Source: Macrostomum lignano
Taxonomy: Eukaryota
Assembly: GCA_002269645.1 (NCBI GenBank)
Contig: NIVC01004067.1
Span: forward strand, 1-61,911
Direction: 5' to 3'
DNA: 61,911 nt
The first letter of the stretch is position 1. The number at the start of each line of letters is the position of its first letter. The translations under genes were made by a program, and so were the position numbers. Positions 1-11,996 of this stretch are shown in pieces. The notes beneath the pieces are model-generated. The model did not search any database, was not told the DNA's origin, and saw only the letters and a list, made by a program, of their open reading frames with translations.

Positions 1-2350
1 GGGTTGTAGGTAGACGTATATATTTGTTGTATGTTAAGCAGTTTTGCAGCCTGTTGAAATAGTTGTGAGGTGAACTGCGTTCCGTTGTCGGTGGTTAGAG
101 TCTTGGGCGTTCCATACATACAGACAATCTCGTTGTAGAACGCCATAGCTACTGTTTCGGCGGTAATGTTCGGCAGTGGAATTGCTACAGCGAATTTCGA
201 GAAGACGTCGAGAGCGGTGAGGATGTATGTGTAGTTGATCGAGTGTTGTCGTGCGGCAGGTAGTGGTCCCGAAATGTCGAGGGAGACGGTATCCCATGTT
301 GTTGTTTTCGGTACTGTTTGTAGTTGTGGCTTTTGGCGTCGTCCCGTTTTTGCGGCTGCGCATGAGTGGCATTCGTAGCAATATTTGCTGATGTCTTTGG
401 TCATTGTCGGCCAAAAGTAGAATTTTGTCACTCGTTCGATTGTCTTCTTAGCGGAAAGGTGTCCGGCTAATGGCATGTCGTGCAATTCTTGCAAGATAGC
501 GGCTCGAAACAAATATGGCAGATAGATTCGCGGAATATTGTCACAGATCCAATAAAGGATTGATTCTTTGAAGATTAGGTTGTCGCTCTGTTTTTTAAGG
601 AATTTTCTTTCTTGTTTTGTTAATTTGGCGTGCTTGGCGTCGTCGTTGTTTTGTGCGGCTTTGTAGAAGTTGTCGTCTTGCTGTGCCGTAATCAGTTCTT
701 GCATTTTCGGAATCGGATGGATAGCGTTGACTTCGTAAGCTCTGGAGAGTGCGTCTTGCTTTGTTGAGTGGTCCCGGTTTGTAGGCTAGTTGGAAGTTGT
801 AATCCTGAATTTTGAGTGTCATTCGGATGAGGCGGTTGTTAGTCTGTCCTTTCGTCATGACAATGTGTGTCAGCGGTGCATGGTCGGTTCTGAAAATTGT
901 CGGTAATGGAGAACCGTAGATGTAGTAGTGAAACTGTCGTAGTGCGAACAGGATTCCAAGTAATTCTCTTTCTGTGGCGGACCATTTGGTTTCGTTTAGT
1001 CGTAGAGCTCGACTGATGTAGACGATGGGTTTTTCGACTTGTCTTTCCGTTTCTTGCAGTAGAACTGCGCCTAGTCCACTTCCTGAGGCGTCGGTTTCAA
1101 TGATAAAGGGTTTTTGGAAGTTTGGATGTTGCAGTAAGGCGTCGGTCGTCAGTTGCTGTTTGATCTTTTCGAAGCTTTCTTGTTGTTCGTCCTTCCAGTT
1201 TTCTTCTTTCCACTTTGGTTGTTTGAGCAGTTCGTATAGCGGTTTGGCAGTTTTGGCAAAGTTTGGCAGAAACTTTCAGAAATACTGTGCTAGTCCTAGA
1301 AAGGACTGCAATTTTGTTATAGAGGTTGGTCGTGGGAATTTCTTTACTTTCTCCACATTACTTGGATCTGGTGAGATTCCTTTTGCGGATACGTGGTGTC
1401 CCAAGTATCGTACCGAGCTTCGGCAAAACTTGCACTTGGTGGGTTGTAGTTTGAGACTTTGTCGCCTGAGAAGGAATAATGCGAGTTCCATCATTTGAAG
1501 TAGTTGTTCGAAGTCTTCTCCGAAGGCAAGAATATCGTCTACATAGTGGAGTAGATTGGTACATCCAGCAAGCATGTAGGCTGTTAGTCAGCTCATTGTA
1601 GCAGGTGAGTTTGAAATTCCCATAGGACTTCTTTGGTAAGCGAAGACTTCTCCATTGTACGTCTTAAAGGCTGTGTATTGCTTAGACTCTTCTTCTAGTT
1701 CGATTTGCCAAAATCCATGTCGTAGATCAAAGACTGTGAAGAGTGTCGCTGTGTTGAGTCTCGCCATTAGTTCCGAAATCTTGGGTAGGCTTTGTTGATC
1801 TGTCGGGATATACTTGTTTAGGACTCGAAAATCGCAGACAAGTCTTCTCTCGTTTGTGTCCTTCTTCTCGACAAGCAAGCATGGAGAGGAATAGGCTGAA
1901 ACTGTCCTCTTGATGATACCGGCTTTGAGCATTTTCTCGATGATCTCGTCGAAGTGTTGTTGTAGATGTTTTGCAATCGGATACGGTTTGCACTGAATCG
2001 GTTCCTGGTGCGGCAGCAGTGTGATCTTCTGTTTGATGTCTTTGGCTCGTCCAATGTCGTAGTCGTGGTGGCAGAAAACATCGTTGTACTTCCATACAAG
2101 ATCTTTAACTTGGTTCTTTTGTTCTTCGGTGATCGGACTTTGTGACAGATCGATTTGTTCTAGGAATTGTTGCCTTGGCAATGTTGTCGATGTTGATTGA
2201 ATAAGCATCACTGACGCTTGTGTGCTGAGATGTCCGATGCAGGTTCCTGCGTAGATTCTCACTGGGTGCTTGTTAGGATTGACGATTTGTACCGGAATCG
2301 TTTTGTCGGCTGTGATTAGTACCAGTGCTGTGGGGATGAGGATTTCGTTG
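1..2350 (-). pseudogene. pol: Gypsy pol fragment (RT, RNase H, integrase), frameshifted; no protease motif found
   Basis: Translation across frameshifts gives IPVQIVNP..IYAGTCIG (post-protease linker); RT motifs SAYSSPCLLVEKK, RLVCDFRVLN, FDLRHGFWQI, HYVDD; RNase H motifs FIIETDASGSGLGAVL and RTDH; integrase motifs H..LAGH, C..C, SLDISGP, LTTDNGTQF. Confidence 0.92.
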
Positions 2351-4275
2351 TTCTATTAAACTTCAGTTGAAGATCCGACATTTCGTAGGTTTCATCAACA
2401 ATGGCTTGTGATTTCGAGATGTTCTTGATGTCTCCTGTTGGCGAAATTTGATGTAGTAGATCGTTCACGTTGAAATAGTTGGCCGAATTGGTACATGGTC
2501 GTGGAATGGCAGTTCCGACAATGATGTTGTGGACCGTATCCAAAAATCCTCGAATTCGCTTTCCATTGTAGAAGGCTTCGATCCGCGGTTTGTCGTAGCA
2601 AGTTGTTGACGTGTTTGATGACAAGATGTTAAAGTGATGGATCAGAGTACACTTGTAGATTAGCAAGTATCCATAAACCGGAACGGCGAGGAAATCTTCA
2701 ATTCCTGTGATCTTCCTGAAGGTGGTCGTAGGGTTGACGTAGTAGTTCTGTCGCGTGTAGTTTAGACTGGTCTCGTGCATTCGACATGTCAGTTTGACCA
2801 TGGAGCGATGCAGATAGTTCAGTTGCTTGTGCAGTTTGTGTTCCATCGCGGCTAGTTTTGCTGCCAGAAGTCGTGCTGATACTAACGAAGGCTTATCCAG
2901 GTTTCGCTTTTGTCTTTCCAAGGTTTCTTCTCTTGGATAGGTACCATTTATCACCTTCAAAAATACATTCTTGTCCATGTCCTTCAGTGCAATTGGTATT
3001 TCTTGGTCAGATAGGATTAGTTGTTCATTGTTTTCCTTGCATTTCAGTTGTGTATAGCTTGGTTGCTTTGGAAAGGTAAGAGCTAGATCTCCAGAGTCGG
3101 CAAGGAAGGTGTTAGATAGCAGTTTTCTTTGAACAGTATGGTATTTCTGTAGTTTGCAGTCAATTTCAGTTTTGACTTCCCATGCGATGAAGTATTTGCG
3201 AGTTCGACTCGGTTCTTTGTATCGAGAATCCGATCTGTACTCGATTTGGTATCGATAGTCATGGAAATAATTCGGAGCTAGCGGTAAGTTTTGAGCTTCC
3301 TCTTTGTTGTAGTTAGGAGTAGCACAATATCCTGAGCTGTAGTGGCATTGGTCAAGCGGTAGTTGCAAGGATTCCATGTTTTCGAAAGGATTGTGGTAGA
3401 ACAAGACGTTTAAAATCAGATAGCTGTTGTAGACAGTATACAGAGGCCATCGTGCTGCGTGGTAGTGCACATATCTTCCTTCGGCTACGTTGTTGGTGCG
3501 GAATAGTTGCGCTCCGCTTGCTGAAGTGTCGTGGAGCTTCAATTCACCGTCTTTGGAAAACAGGGTTTGGTTCCACTGCATGGAGGCTTTCTTCATGTGA
3601 TACCTTCATCGATGTTTGCCAATATCTGATTCGGTTCCATTGTACCAACCAAATCTTTTCGAGTTCGTCTTTGTCTCTAAAGCACAAAATTCCCATCTGT
3701 CGATGCTTCTTTGTATTCGCTTTGTAGATGTCGATTGTAAGCGGTAGCGGCTTTGTTTGATTCGTCTTAAAATAACTGCATTTGATTTCCGTAGGAATTT
3801 TGTAGATGACAGGCTGGATGGTAGCGTCTGTAGGACAAATCATTGGTACTGAAGTTGAAGTTACCAGTGGTAGCAGGATGAGAAGGATCATCGCAAATAA
3901 CCATTTCATTAGAGGGTGTCTCTTCTTGCTCTTCTTCGGCATCGGCATACTTTCTTCTTGTTCTCCTTTCTTGTTGGAGTGACTTGTGATCGTGGTTTCG
4001 TCCAGTTCCTCGTAGTCGTTTTCTGGTTCTTCAGATGGAGTGATGTCTTGTGGACGGAAGAACCATTTTCTTGAGTGTGGTACTGGTGTTAGAGGTTCCT
4101 GATACGCTGGTGGGTGACACGCTGTAGGGTGTCTTCGAAAGGTACCCATGAATTCTGGTCGAGTCGGCGTAGAAGAAGTCTGTTGATGCAGTTCTCCGAC
4201 ATTCATCGTAACGTAGGTGTTATCTTCTGTTTGAGTGAATCGATTGCATGTGAAGTGGAACGGTTGGGTGTTCAC
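2316..4275 (-). pseudogene. env: env-like class III fusion glycoprotein (herpesvirus gB/chuvirus G type), frameshifted near 3590 and C-terminally truncated
   Basis: Hydrophobic signal-like segment WLFAMILLILLPLVTSTS; Cys-rich ectodomain; furin-type RQKR; gB-like segments AAKLAAMEHKLHKQLNYLHRSMVKLTC, NPTTTFRKITGIEDFLAVPVYGYLLIYKC and CYDKPRI...GFLD. No C-terminal TM before the stop. Confidence 0.75.
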
Positions 4276-4343
4276 AGCTTTGTTTGTCCGTTTCCGTTTT
4301 CAGCATTAAGAATTGTAGCAAGATTCTCGTATTCCGGTTCGGA

Positions 4344-5430
4344 TTATTGTACCGTTGGAGATGATAACATGTAGTCGGTATCTTCAAAGAGAGTATCACG
4401 TACGTTGATACTGAAATCTGGTGTTAATTCTTCTACCGAAAATTTTGGTTCGATAGCCTGTTGTTCACTGGCCTGTGGTTCAATGGCCTGTGTGTACTGT
4501 CTATGCACCTGCGTTGGCTGCCTTGGTGGAGCGGGTCGGCGTGGGTTGTAAGGTACCATCGTATTGTTAGGGCGGTTATCCCGCCATGGTGGTGGTCGGT
4601 TATTCATCCGATTTCTGTTTGGTGGATATTGTTGGTTTGGATAGCGTGACCAGTTGTCTCGTCTGTTTCCACCGGAATAATTTCGTGGTTGATTCTGGCG
4701 CAAGTTTTGGCGGCAATCTCTGTAGTAATGACCTACTCTTCCACAATTGTGACAAGTAACGTTTCGAGGGTTGCTTTGCTGCGGGCGCATTGCAATTGCT
4801 GCGGCTTGGTGTTGTTGCATAAGTTTGCTTAATTGTTCTGCTAATTGTGCGGTGTCACTAGTGCGGTTAGCTAGAAGAGGTGCGCTTGCCTCCCACTGCA
4901 TTCCACAGCGGAGTAACTGTTCTTCTGTCTCAATTGTTTCTCGCAGGAGTCTATCTCGCAAGGCAGGTTGAGCGTTGTTAATGACATTAAGAATTAGACT
5001 TTGCTTTTGATCTGCAAGCCGTTGTCTTTCTCTAGCAGCTGCTTCTGCTGGTCCAAGGGTTGAGCTGCTGCTGCTGGTTGCGGTTGCTGTTGATGCAAGG
5101 CTTTGATGATTTGTCGAATATCATCGACAAAGGTGAGGAATGATTCCGTGGGTGTCATTTTCCGGTTATGTAATTTATGTAACAACACCGATCGATTGGT
5201 TCCGCATCGTGCGAACTGTGTTCGAAGTTGGGTAATCATGGCATGGTAATCTCGTTGTGTAACTGCATCTAATTTTCCATAAATTTCTCGGGCTGTGCCT
5301 TGTAGCAATGGAGGGAGGAGTAGCGCCTTTTCTGGATTTTGTAATCCATATTCCCTTGATACCAAATCAAAGTGGTCAATGAAGGTCGCAAAATCTTTGT
5401 CCATAGTGTAAGATACGACTGTCTCTTCTT
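4344..5430 (-). pseudogene. gag: Gypsy gag (capsid region + one CCHC zinc knuckle), frameshifted near 4990
   Basis: FIDHFDLVSREYGL..EKALLLPPLLQGTAREIY capsid pattern; CHNCGRVGHYYRDC knuckle. Confidence 0.85.
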
Positions 5431-5569
5431 TGTCTCTCTTCTTGTCTATGACCTCTCTTCTCTCTCTCTCTCTACCTCTCTCTTTATCGATTTTCCTCCC
5501 CAGCGTTATCGCCTTTAAATATTTTGACGGCAATTCGGGCAAATAAACTATACTCGAATATGAGTACTT

Positions 5570-5603
5570 CCCTGACGAAGAGTAACCTTACTCGAAATAT
5601 CGG
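5570..5603 (+). ncRNA. Minimal type I hammerhead ribozyme motif (Penelope-type)
   Basis: CC-CTGACGA(5572-5578)-A-GAGTA/ACCT/TACTC stem II-GAAA-TA-TC^GG. Complete catalytic core, palindromic ATAT helix III, 2-bp helix I. Predicted cleavage after 5601. Confidence 0.7.
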
Positions 5604-5689
5604 TAACATTAACTATTTCGAAGTAAATTGACTTTTATCAGTCCTTTCACCGTGTCAGCGCCTGGGATTGGATGTGCGTTCCTCTCTCT

Positions 5690-6039
<350 letters not shown>

Positions 6040-6610
6040 TTCGCCTCATTCCAATCAACTTGCAGAAGCTGAATGCTTTGAAATCTTAAAATAATACGAG
6101 TAGTTCTTTCGAATGAGTCAATGCTCTTGCACCGCTTCAACTGTAATCAGGTATTGATTTTCTGTTTTTCTTGACTTAAACTACTCGTCTTTGCATTTTT
6201 GCTCTCTGTCTCAGACCAAGGGACTTAGCTGAGGCGGCAGTTTGCATTCGAATTGCACATTTACTGCCAGTAGCTCCGCGGCCCAAAGCTCGTTGCAATT
6301 AATGTACAGTTGGTTTAGACAGAAGCCTCTTACATGTAAGTCGTTTCCCTTTATAAATTTACAAGGAAATTCTTTCCTCACAAAGCATTACTAATAAATA
6401 ATACAATTTATTAACTTCTGGCGATTTGTGATTGCTTCCCTTTAATGCTCAATGGTACAGTGCTTGTTTTAGGGATTTTTAATACGCCATCATAACTGCA
6501 CTCTTCCCCTCAAGCAGCTTCTCAATTCATGACAATTTGGCACATTGTATTATTCTCGAGCCTACTAGATATGCATACTGAATAGAATACACTTGGACTG
6601 GCAATTAGCG

Positions 6611-9600
6611 CTGCGATTCAGTAACAGCAGTGATGCTTTTAAATCTGCGATTCAATAACAGCAGTGATGCTTTTAAATCTGCGATTCAGTAACAGCAGTG
6701 ATGCTTTTAAATCTGCGATTCAGTAACAGCAGTGATGCTTTTAAATCTGCGATTCAGTAACAGCAGTGATGCTTTTAAATCTGCGATTCAGTAACAGCAG
6801 TGATGCTTTTAAATCTGCGATTCAGTAACAGCAGTGATGCTTTTAAATCTGCGATTCAATAACAGCAGTGATGCTTTTAAATCTGCGATTCAATAACAGC
6901 AGTGATGCTTTTAAATCTGCGATTCAGTAACAGCAGTGATGCTTTTAAATCTGCGATTCAATAACAGCAGTGATGCTTTTAAATCTGCGATTCAGTAACA
7001 GCAGTGATGCTTTTAAATCTGCGATTCAATAACAGCAGTGATGCTTTTAAATCTGCGATTCAGTAACAGCAGTGATGCTTTTAAATCTGCGATTCAGTAA
7101 CAGCAGTGATGCTTTTAAATCTGCGATTCAATAACAGCAGTGATGCTTTTAAATCTGCGATTCAGTAACAGCAGTGATGCTTTTAAATCTGCGATTCAAT
7201 AACAGCAGTGATGCTTTTAAATCTGCGATTCAGTAACAGCAGTGATGCTTTTAAATCTGCGATTCAGTAACAGCAGTGATGCTTTTAAATCTGCGATTCA
7301 ATAACAGCAGTGATGCTTTTAAATCTGCGATTCAATAACAGCAGTGATGCTTTTAAATCTGCGATTCAGTAACAGCAGTGATGCTTTTAAATCTGCGATT
7401 CAATAACAGCAGTGATGCTTTTAAATCTGCGATTCAATAACACAGTGATGCTTTTAAATCTGCGATTCAGTAACAGCAGTGATGCTTTTAAATCTGCGAT
7501 TCAATAACAGCAGTGATGCTTTTAAATCTGCGATTCAATAACAGCAGTGATGCTTTTAAATCTGCGATTCAGTAACAGCAGTGATGCTTTTAAATCTGCG
7601 ATTCAGTAACAGCAGTGATGCTTTTAAATCTGCGATTCAATAACAGCAGTGATGCTTTTAAATCTGCGATTCAATAACAGCAGTGATGCTTTTAAATCTG
7701 CGATTCAGTAACAGCAGTGATGCTTTTAAATCTGCGATTCAATAACAGCAGTGATGCTTTTAAATCTGCGATTCAATAACACCAGTGATGCTTTTAAATC
7801 TGCGATTCAGTAACAGCAGTGATGCTTTTAAATCTGCGATTCAATAACAGCAGTGATGCTTTTAAATCTGCGATTCAATAACAGCAGTGATGCTTTTAAA
7901 TCTGCGATTCAATAACAGCAGTGATGCTTTTAAATCTGCGATTCAGTAACAGCAGTGATGCTTTTAAATCTGCGATTCAGTAACAGCAGTGATGCTTTTA
8001 AATCTGCGATTCAATAACAGCAGTGATGCTTTTAAATCTGCGATTCAATAACAGCAGTGATGCTTTTAAATCTGCGATTCAGTAACAGCAGTGATGCTTT
8101 TAAATCTGCGATTCAGTAACAGCAGTGATGCTTTTAAATCTGCGATTCAGTAACAGCAGTGATGCTTTTAAATCTGCGATTCAGTAACAGCAGTGATGCT
8201 TTTAAATCTGCGATTCAGTAACAGCAGTGATGCTTTTAAATCTGCGATTCAATAACAGCAGTGATGCTTTTAAATCTGCGATTCAATAACAGCAGTGATG
8301 CTTTTAAATCTGCGATTCAGTAACAGCAGTGATGCTTTTAAATCTGCGATTCAATAACAGCAGTGATGCTTTTAAATCTGCGATTCAGTAACAGCAGTGA
8401 TGCTTTTAAATCTGCGATTCAGTAACAGCAGTGATGCTTTTAAATCTGCGATTCAATAACAGCAGTGATGCTTTTAAATCTGCGATTCAGTAACAGCAGT
8501 GATGCTTTTAAATCTGCGATTCAGTAACAGCAGTGATGCTTTTAAATCTGCGATTCAATAACAGCAGTGATGCTTTTAAATCTGCGATTCAGTAACAGCA
8601 GTGATGCTTTTAAATCTGCGATTCAGTAACAGCAGTGATGCTTTTAAATCTGCGATTGAGTAACAGCAGTGATGCTTTTAAATCTGCGATTCAGTAACAG
8701 CAGTGATGCTTTTAAATCTGCGATTCAATAACAGCAGTGATGCTTTTAAATCTGCGATTCAGTAACAGCAGTGATGCTTTTAAATCTGCGATTCAGTAAC
8801 AGCAGTGATGCTTTTAAATCTGCGATTCAGTAACACAGTGATGCTTTTAAATCTGCGATTCAGTAACAGCAGTGATGCTTTTAAATCTGCGATTCAATAA
8901 CAGCAGTGATGCTTTTAAATCTGCGATTCAGTAACAGCAGTGATGCTTTTAAATCTGCGATTCAGTAACAGCAGTGATGCTTTTAAATCTGCGATTCAGT
9001 AACAGCAGTGATGCTTTTAAATCAGCGATTCAATAACAGCAGTGATGCTTTTAAATCTGCGATTCAGTAACAGCAGTGATGCTTTTAAATCTGCGATTCA
9101 ATAACAGCAGTGATGCTTTTAAATCTGCGATTCAGTAACAGCAGTGATGCTTTTAAATCTGCGATTCAATAACAGCAGTGATGCTTTTAAATCTGCGATT
9201 CAGTAACAGCAGTGATGCTTTTAAATCTGCGATTCAATAACACCAGTGATGCTTTTAAATCTGCGATTCAATAACAGCAGTGATGCTTTTAAATCTGCGA
9301 TTCAGTAACAGCAGTGATGCTTTTAAATCTGCGATTCAATAACAGCAGTGATGCTTTTAAATCTGCGATTCAGTAACAGCAGTGATGCTTTTAAATCTGC
9401 GATTCAGTAACAGCAGTGATGCTTTTAAATCTGCGATTCAATAACAGCAGTGATGCTTTTAAATCTGCGATTCAGTAACAGCAGTGATGCTTTTAAATCT
9501 GCGATTCAGTAACAGCAGTGATGCTTTTAAATCTGCGATTCAATAACAGCAGTGATGCTTTTAAATCTGCGATTCAGTAACAGCAGTGATGCTTTTAAAT

Positions 9601-10222
9601 CTGCGATTCAATAACAGCAGTGATGCTTTTAAATCTGCGATTCAATAACACCAGTGATGCTTTTAAATCTGCGATTCAGTAACAGCAGTGATGCTTTTAA
9701 ATCTGCGATTCAATAACAGCAGTGATGCTTTTAAATCTGCGATTCAGTAACAGCAGTGATGCTTTTAAATCTGCGATTCAGTAACAGCAGTGATGCTTTT
9801 AAATCTGCGATTCAGTAACAGCAGTGATGCTTTTAAATCTGCGATTCAGTAACAGCAGTGATGCTTTTAAATCAGCGATTCAATAACAGCAGTGATGCTT
9901 TTAAATCTGCGATTCAGTAACAGCAGTGATGCTTTTAAATCTGCGATTCAATAACAGCAGTGATGCTTTTAAATCTGCGATTCAGTAACAGCAGTGATGC
10001 TTTTAAATCTGCGATTCAGTAACAGCAGTGATGCTTTTAAATCTGCGATTGAGTAACAGCAGTGATGCTTTTAAATCTGCGATTGAGTAACAGCAGTGAT
10101 GCTTTTAAATCTGCGATTCAGTAACAGCAGTGATGCTTTTAAATCTGCGATTCAGTAACAGCAGTGATGCTTTTAAATCTGCGATTCAGTAACAGCAGTG
10201 ATGCTTTTAAATCTGCGATTCA
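6611..10222. repeat. 34-bp tandem satellite, about 106 copies (CTGCGATTCA[G/A]TAACAGCAGTGATGCTTTTAAAT)
   Basis: Head-to-tail units with no spacers; one dimorphic G/A position and a few recurring rare variants. Confidence 0.98.
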
Positions 10223-10320
10223 ATTAAAGGCGCCACGAATGCAACGGGATTGATTTGGTTGCTAGGGACGCTAAGAATAATAGCACGAGAGACAATTCTG
10301 GTTGCTAGGGACGCCACGAT

Positions 10321-10762
10321 TGTTGTGAGCCCCGTCCTCCGGAGCAACGCCTACAGCTTTAACCTGTCGGGAAGCTGCGACCCCCAGGTCCCCAGTCAGA
10401 GCTCCCGTCCCGCGCCCTAGGGAGAAGCAGAAAAAGGACAGTAACTCGCGAACACGAACTTACACACCGTAGCCGATGCAGTTCGCCGTGCACTTTTTAT
10501 GGTAGATCGACGAGTCGTTAATAGCCAACGGAGGCGGACCAACGCGCGCAAGGGAGGAGTCTGCCCTCCAGACAGCGAATATATATTTTTCATTGGTCCT
10601 ACGCGTACATGAATATAACTTAAGAACAAATGTACGGTACAGCAGGGGAGGTGGGGCGGGGTGGCGTGATCGGCGTACGCATTGATTATTGATTGGAGGG
10701 GTGGGGCAGACTGGAGGGTTGGGGCGGGGCAGGAGGGCGAGAAAGGGCACGATTGCACAACA
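10321..10762 (-). repeat. 3' LTR of Gypsy element
   Basis: Matches 16918-17359 with 3 substitutions found by eye; TG...CA termini. Confidence 0.97.
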
Positions 10763-10775
10763 TCCTCCCCTCCTT
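10763..10775 (-). promoter_or_regulatory. Polypurine tract (AAGGAGGGGAGGA)
   Basis: Purine run directly abutting the 3' LTR on the minus strand. Confidence 0.9.
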
Positions 10776-11996
10776 AAAAAAGGCGAGTCACAAGAACAAA
10801 GACTGAATGGAGACAAAGACAGGATTCGATGAGTTGGACAGATACGACGGCGCAATGAGGATAAACGCGAATAATTTATAGCACGACAACGACATTTATG
10901 ACGAACAGTCTTAGCGTTAGCAACATTCGAATAATGAAACACGAGTTTGACGCATATGAAAAATGTACGAGTGTTGAGAAAACGCATTTTGGACGATAAA
11001 TGTTAGAGAAATAAACGCGAAAAATAAAAAAAGCAAGAACTTCAGTGTGACAACCGCAACGAAACGAAAAAATTGCACCACTGTCTACCGATGTTACTTT
11101 AACTTCGAAGAATTTCTTGCGACATGAACGTAAAGCAACAGTTTAATAATGTCAAATTGTCAATTGAAAAAAAACATGAACCAAAAAGCATGATGAAAAA
11201 TACACTAAAATGAAGTAAATCAGGCCGAATGGGCTGCGCCGGACTCCTGCTCGACTCCAACACGACGGACACCCGACGATTCGCGAGCCGACTCGACGAT
11301 TGGCACTCTGGCACCCGAAGTCGCTTGCTGACGCCGAAAACCGGTGATGTCGCTGAGGCCCTGGTCATCGCTGTCTGCCACCGTGGCTGCTGAACCTCCT
11401 TCGTTGGGCTGCACATGCCTCGCCAGCAGAAGTCCTTGTACCGCGACTCTCGGTCGTACTGGAGATGTCCTGAGCGTTGTCACTGGCGCCGCTGATGTCT
11501 GCTGGAGCTTGCCTGACATCACCGCGATCCCGTCGACTTGTGCCAACCAGCCTCCGGCCGACTTGCTGACGCCGCATCCGCATCTCCCGCGCCGGTTCAC
11601 TGTTCTCACGCTGGACGGATCCGTGGGTGCAGTCAGCTGCGCAGTGCCGCCTCCTGCCGGTACTTGATGCTCGACTCCTTGCCCTGGGTGTCCTTTGAGC
11701 CTGGCTTTCCCCACAACTCCCGAGGAACGAGCCGAGAAACCCCAACATGGGAACAGGGAGTGCAGCTTCCCGAGCAGGTGCCACCCACCGCTAAGCTCTC
11801 CAGCAAAGGCAAACCGATCTAGCCCGACTACTTCTGAACTAAACTAATACTAACTATAAAAAGCGTACTGTAATTGAACTGCTTGTTTACTGTAAGCATG
11901 TACTTTATTAGCAAATGTTGTTTTTTCGTTGTTTTTGTGCTGTTTTGTATTTTTTTGGATTTTAACAATTTTTATTGATAGTTTGAATGCTTGGAA

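Larger units (their letters stand above)
1..5430 (-). mobile_element. Degenerate Ty3/Gypsy LTR retrotransposon with env-like ORF; runs off the left edge; no LTR seen
   Basis: Minus-strand order is gag (5430-4344), glycoprotein-like ORFs (4275-2316), then RT, RNase H and integrase (2350-1). RT-RH-IN order is Gypsy-type. Many frameshifts and stops. Confidence 0.9.

Noticed and set aside
1025-1498. Antisense ORFs over pol, TPR, PLE and KY coding regions (this one and similar)
   Set aside because: Shadow frames of real coding sequence on the opposite strand or in another frame.
6611-10222. CRISPR-like look of the 34-bp partly palindromic repeat (also the 40-bp array at 32942-34091)
   Set aside because: Units are head-to-tail with no unique spacers, no cas genes are present and the context is eukaryotic.
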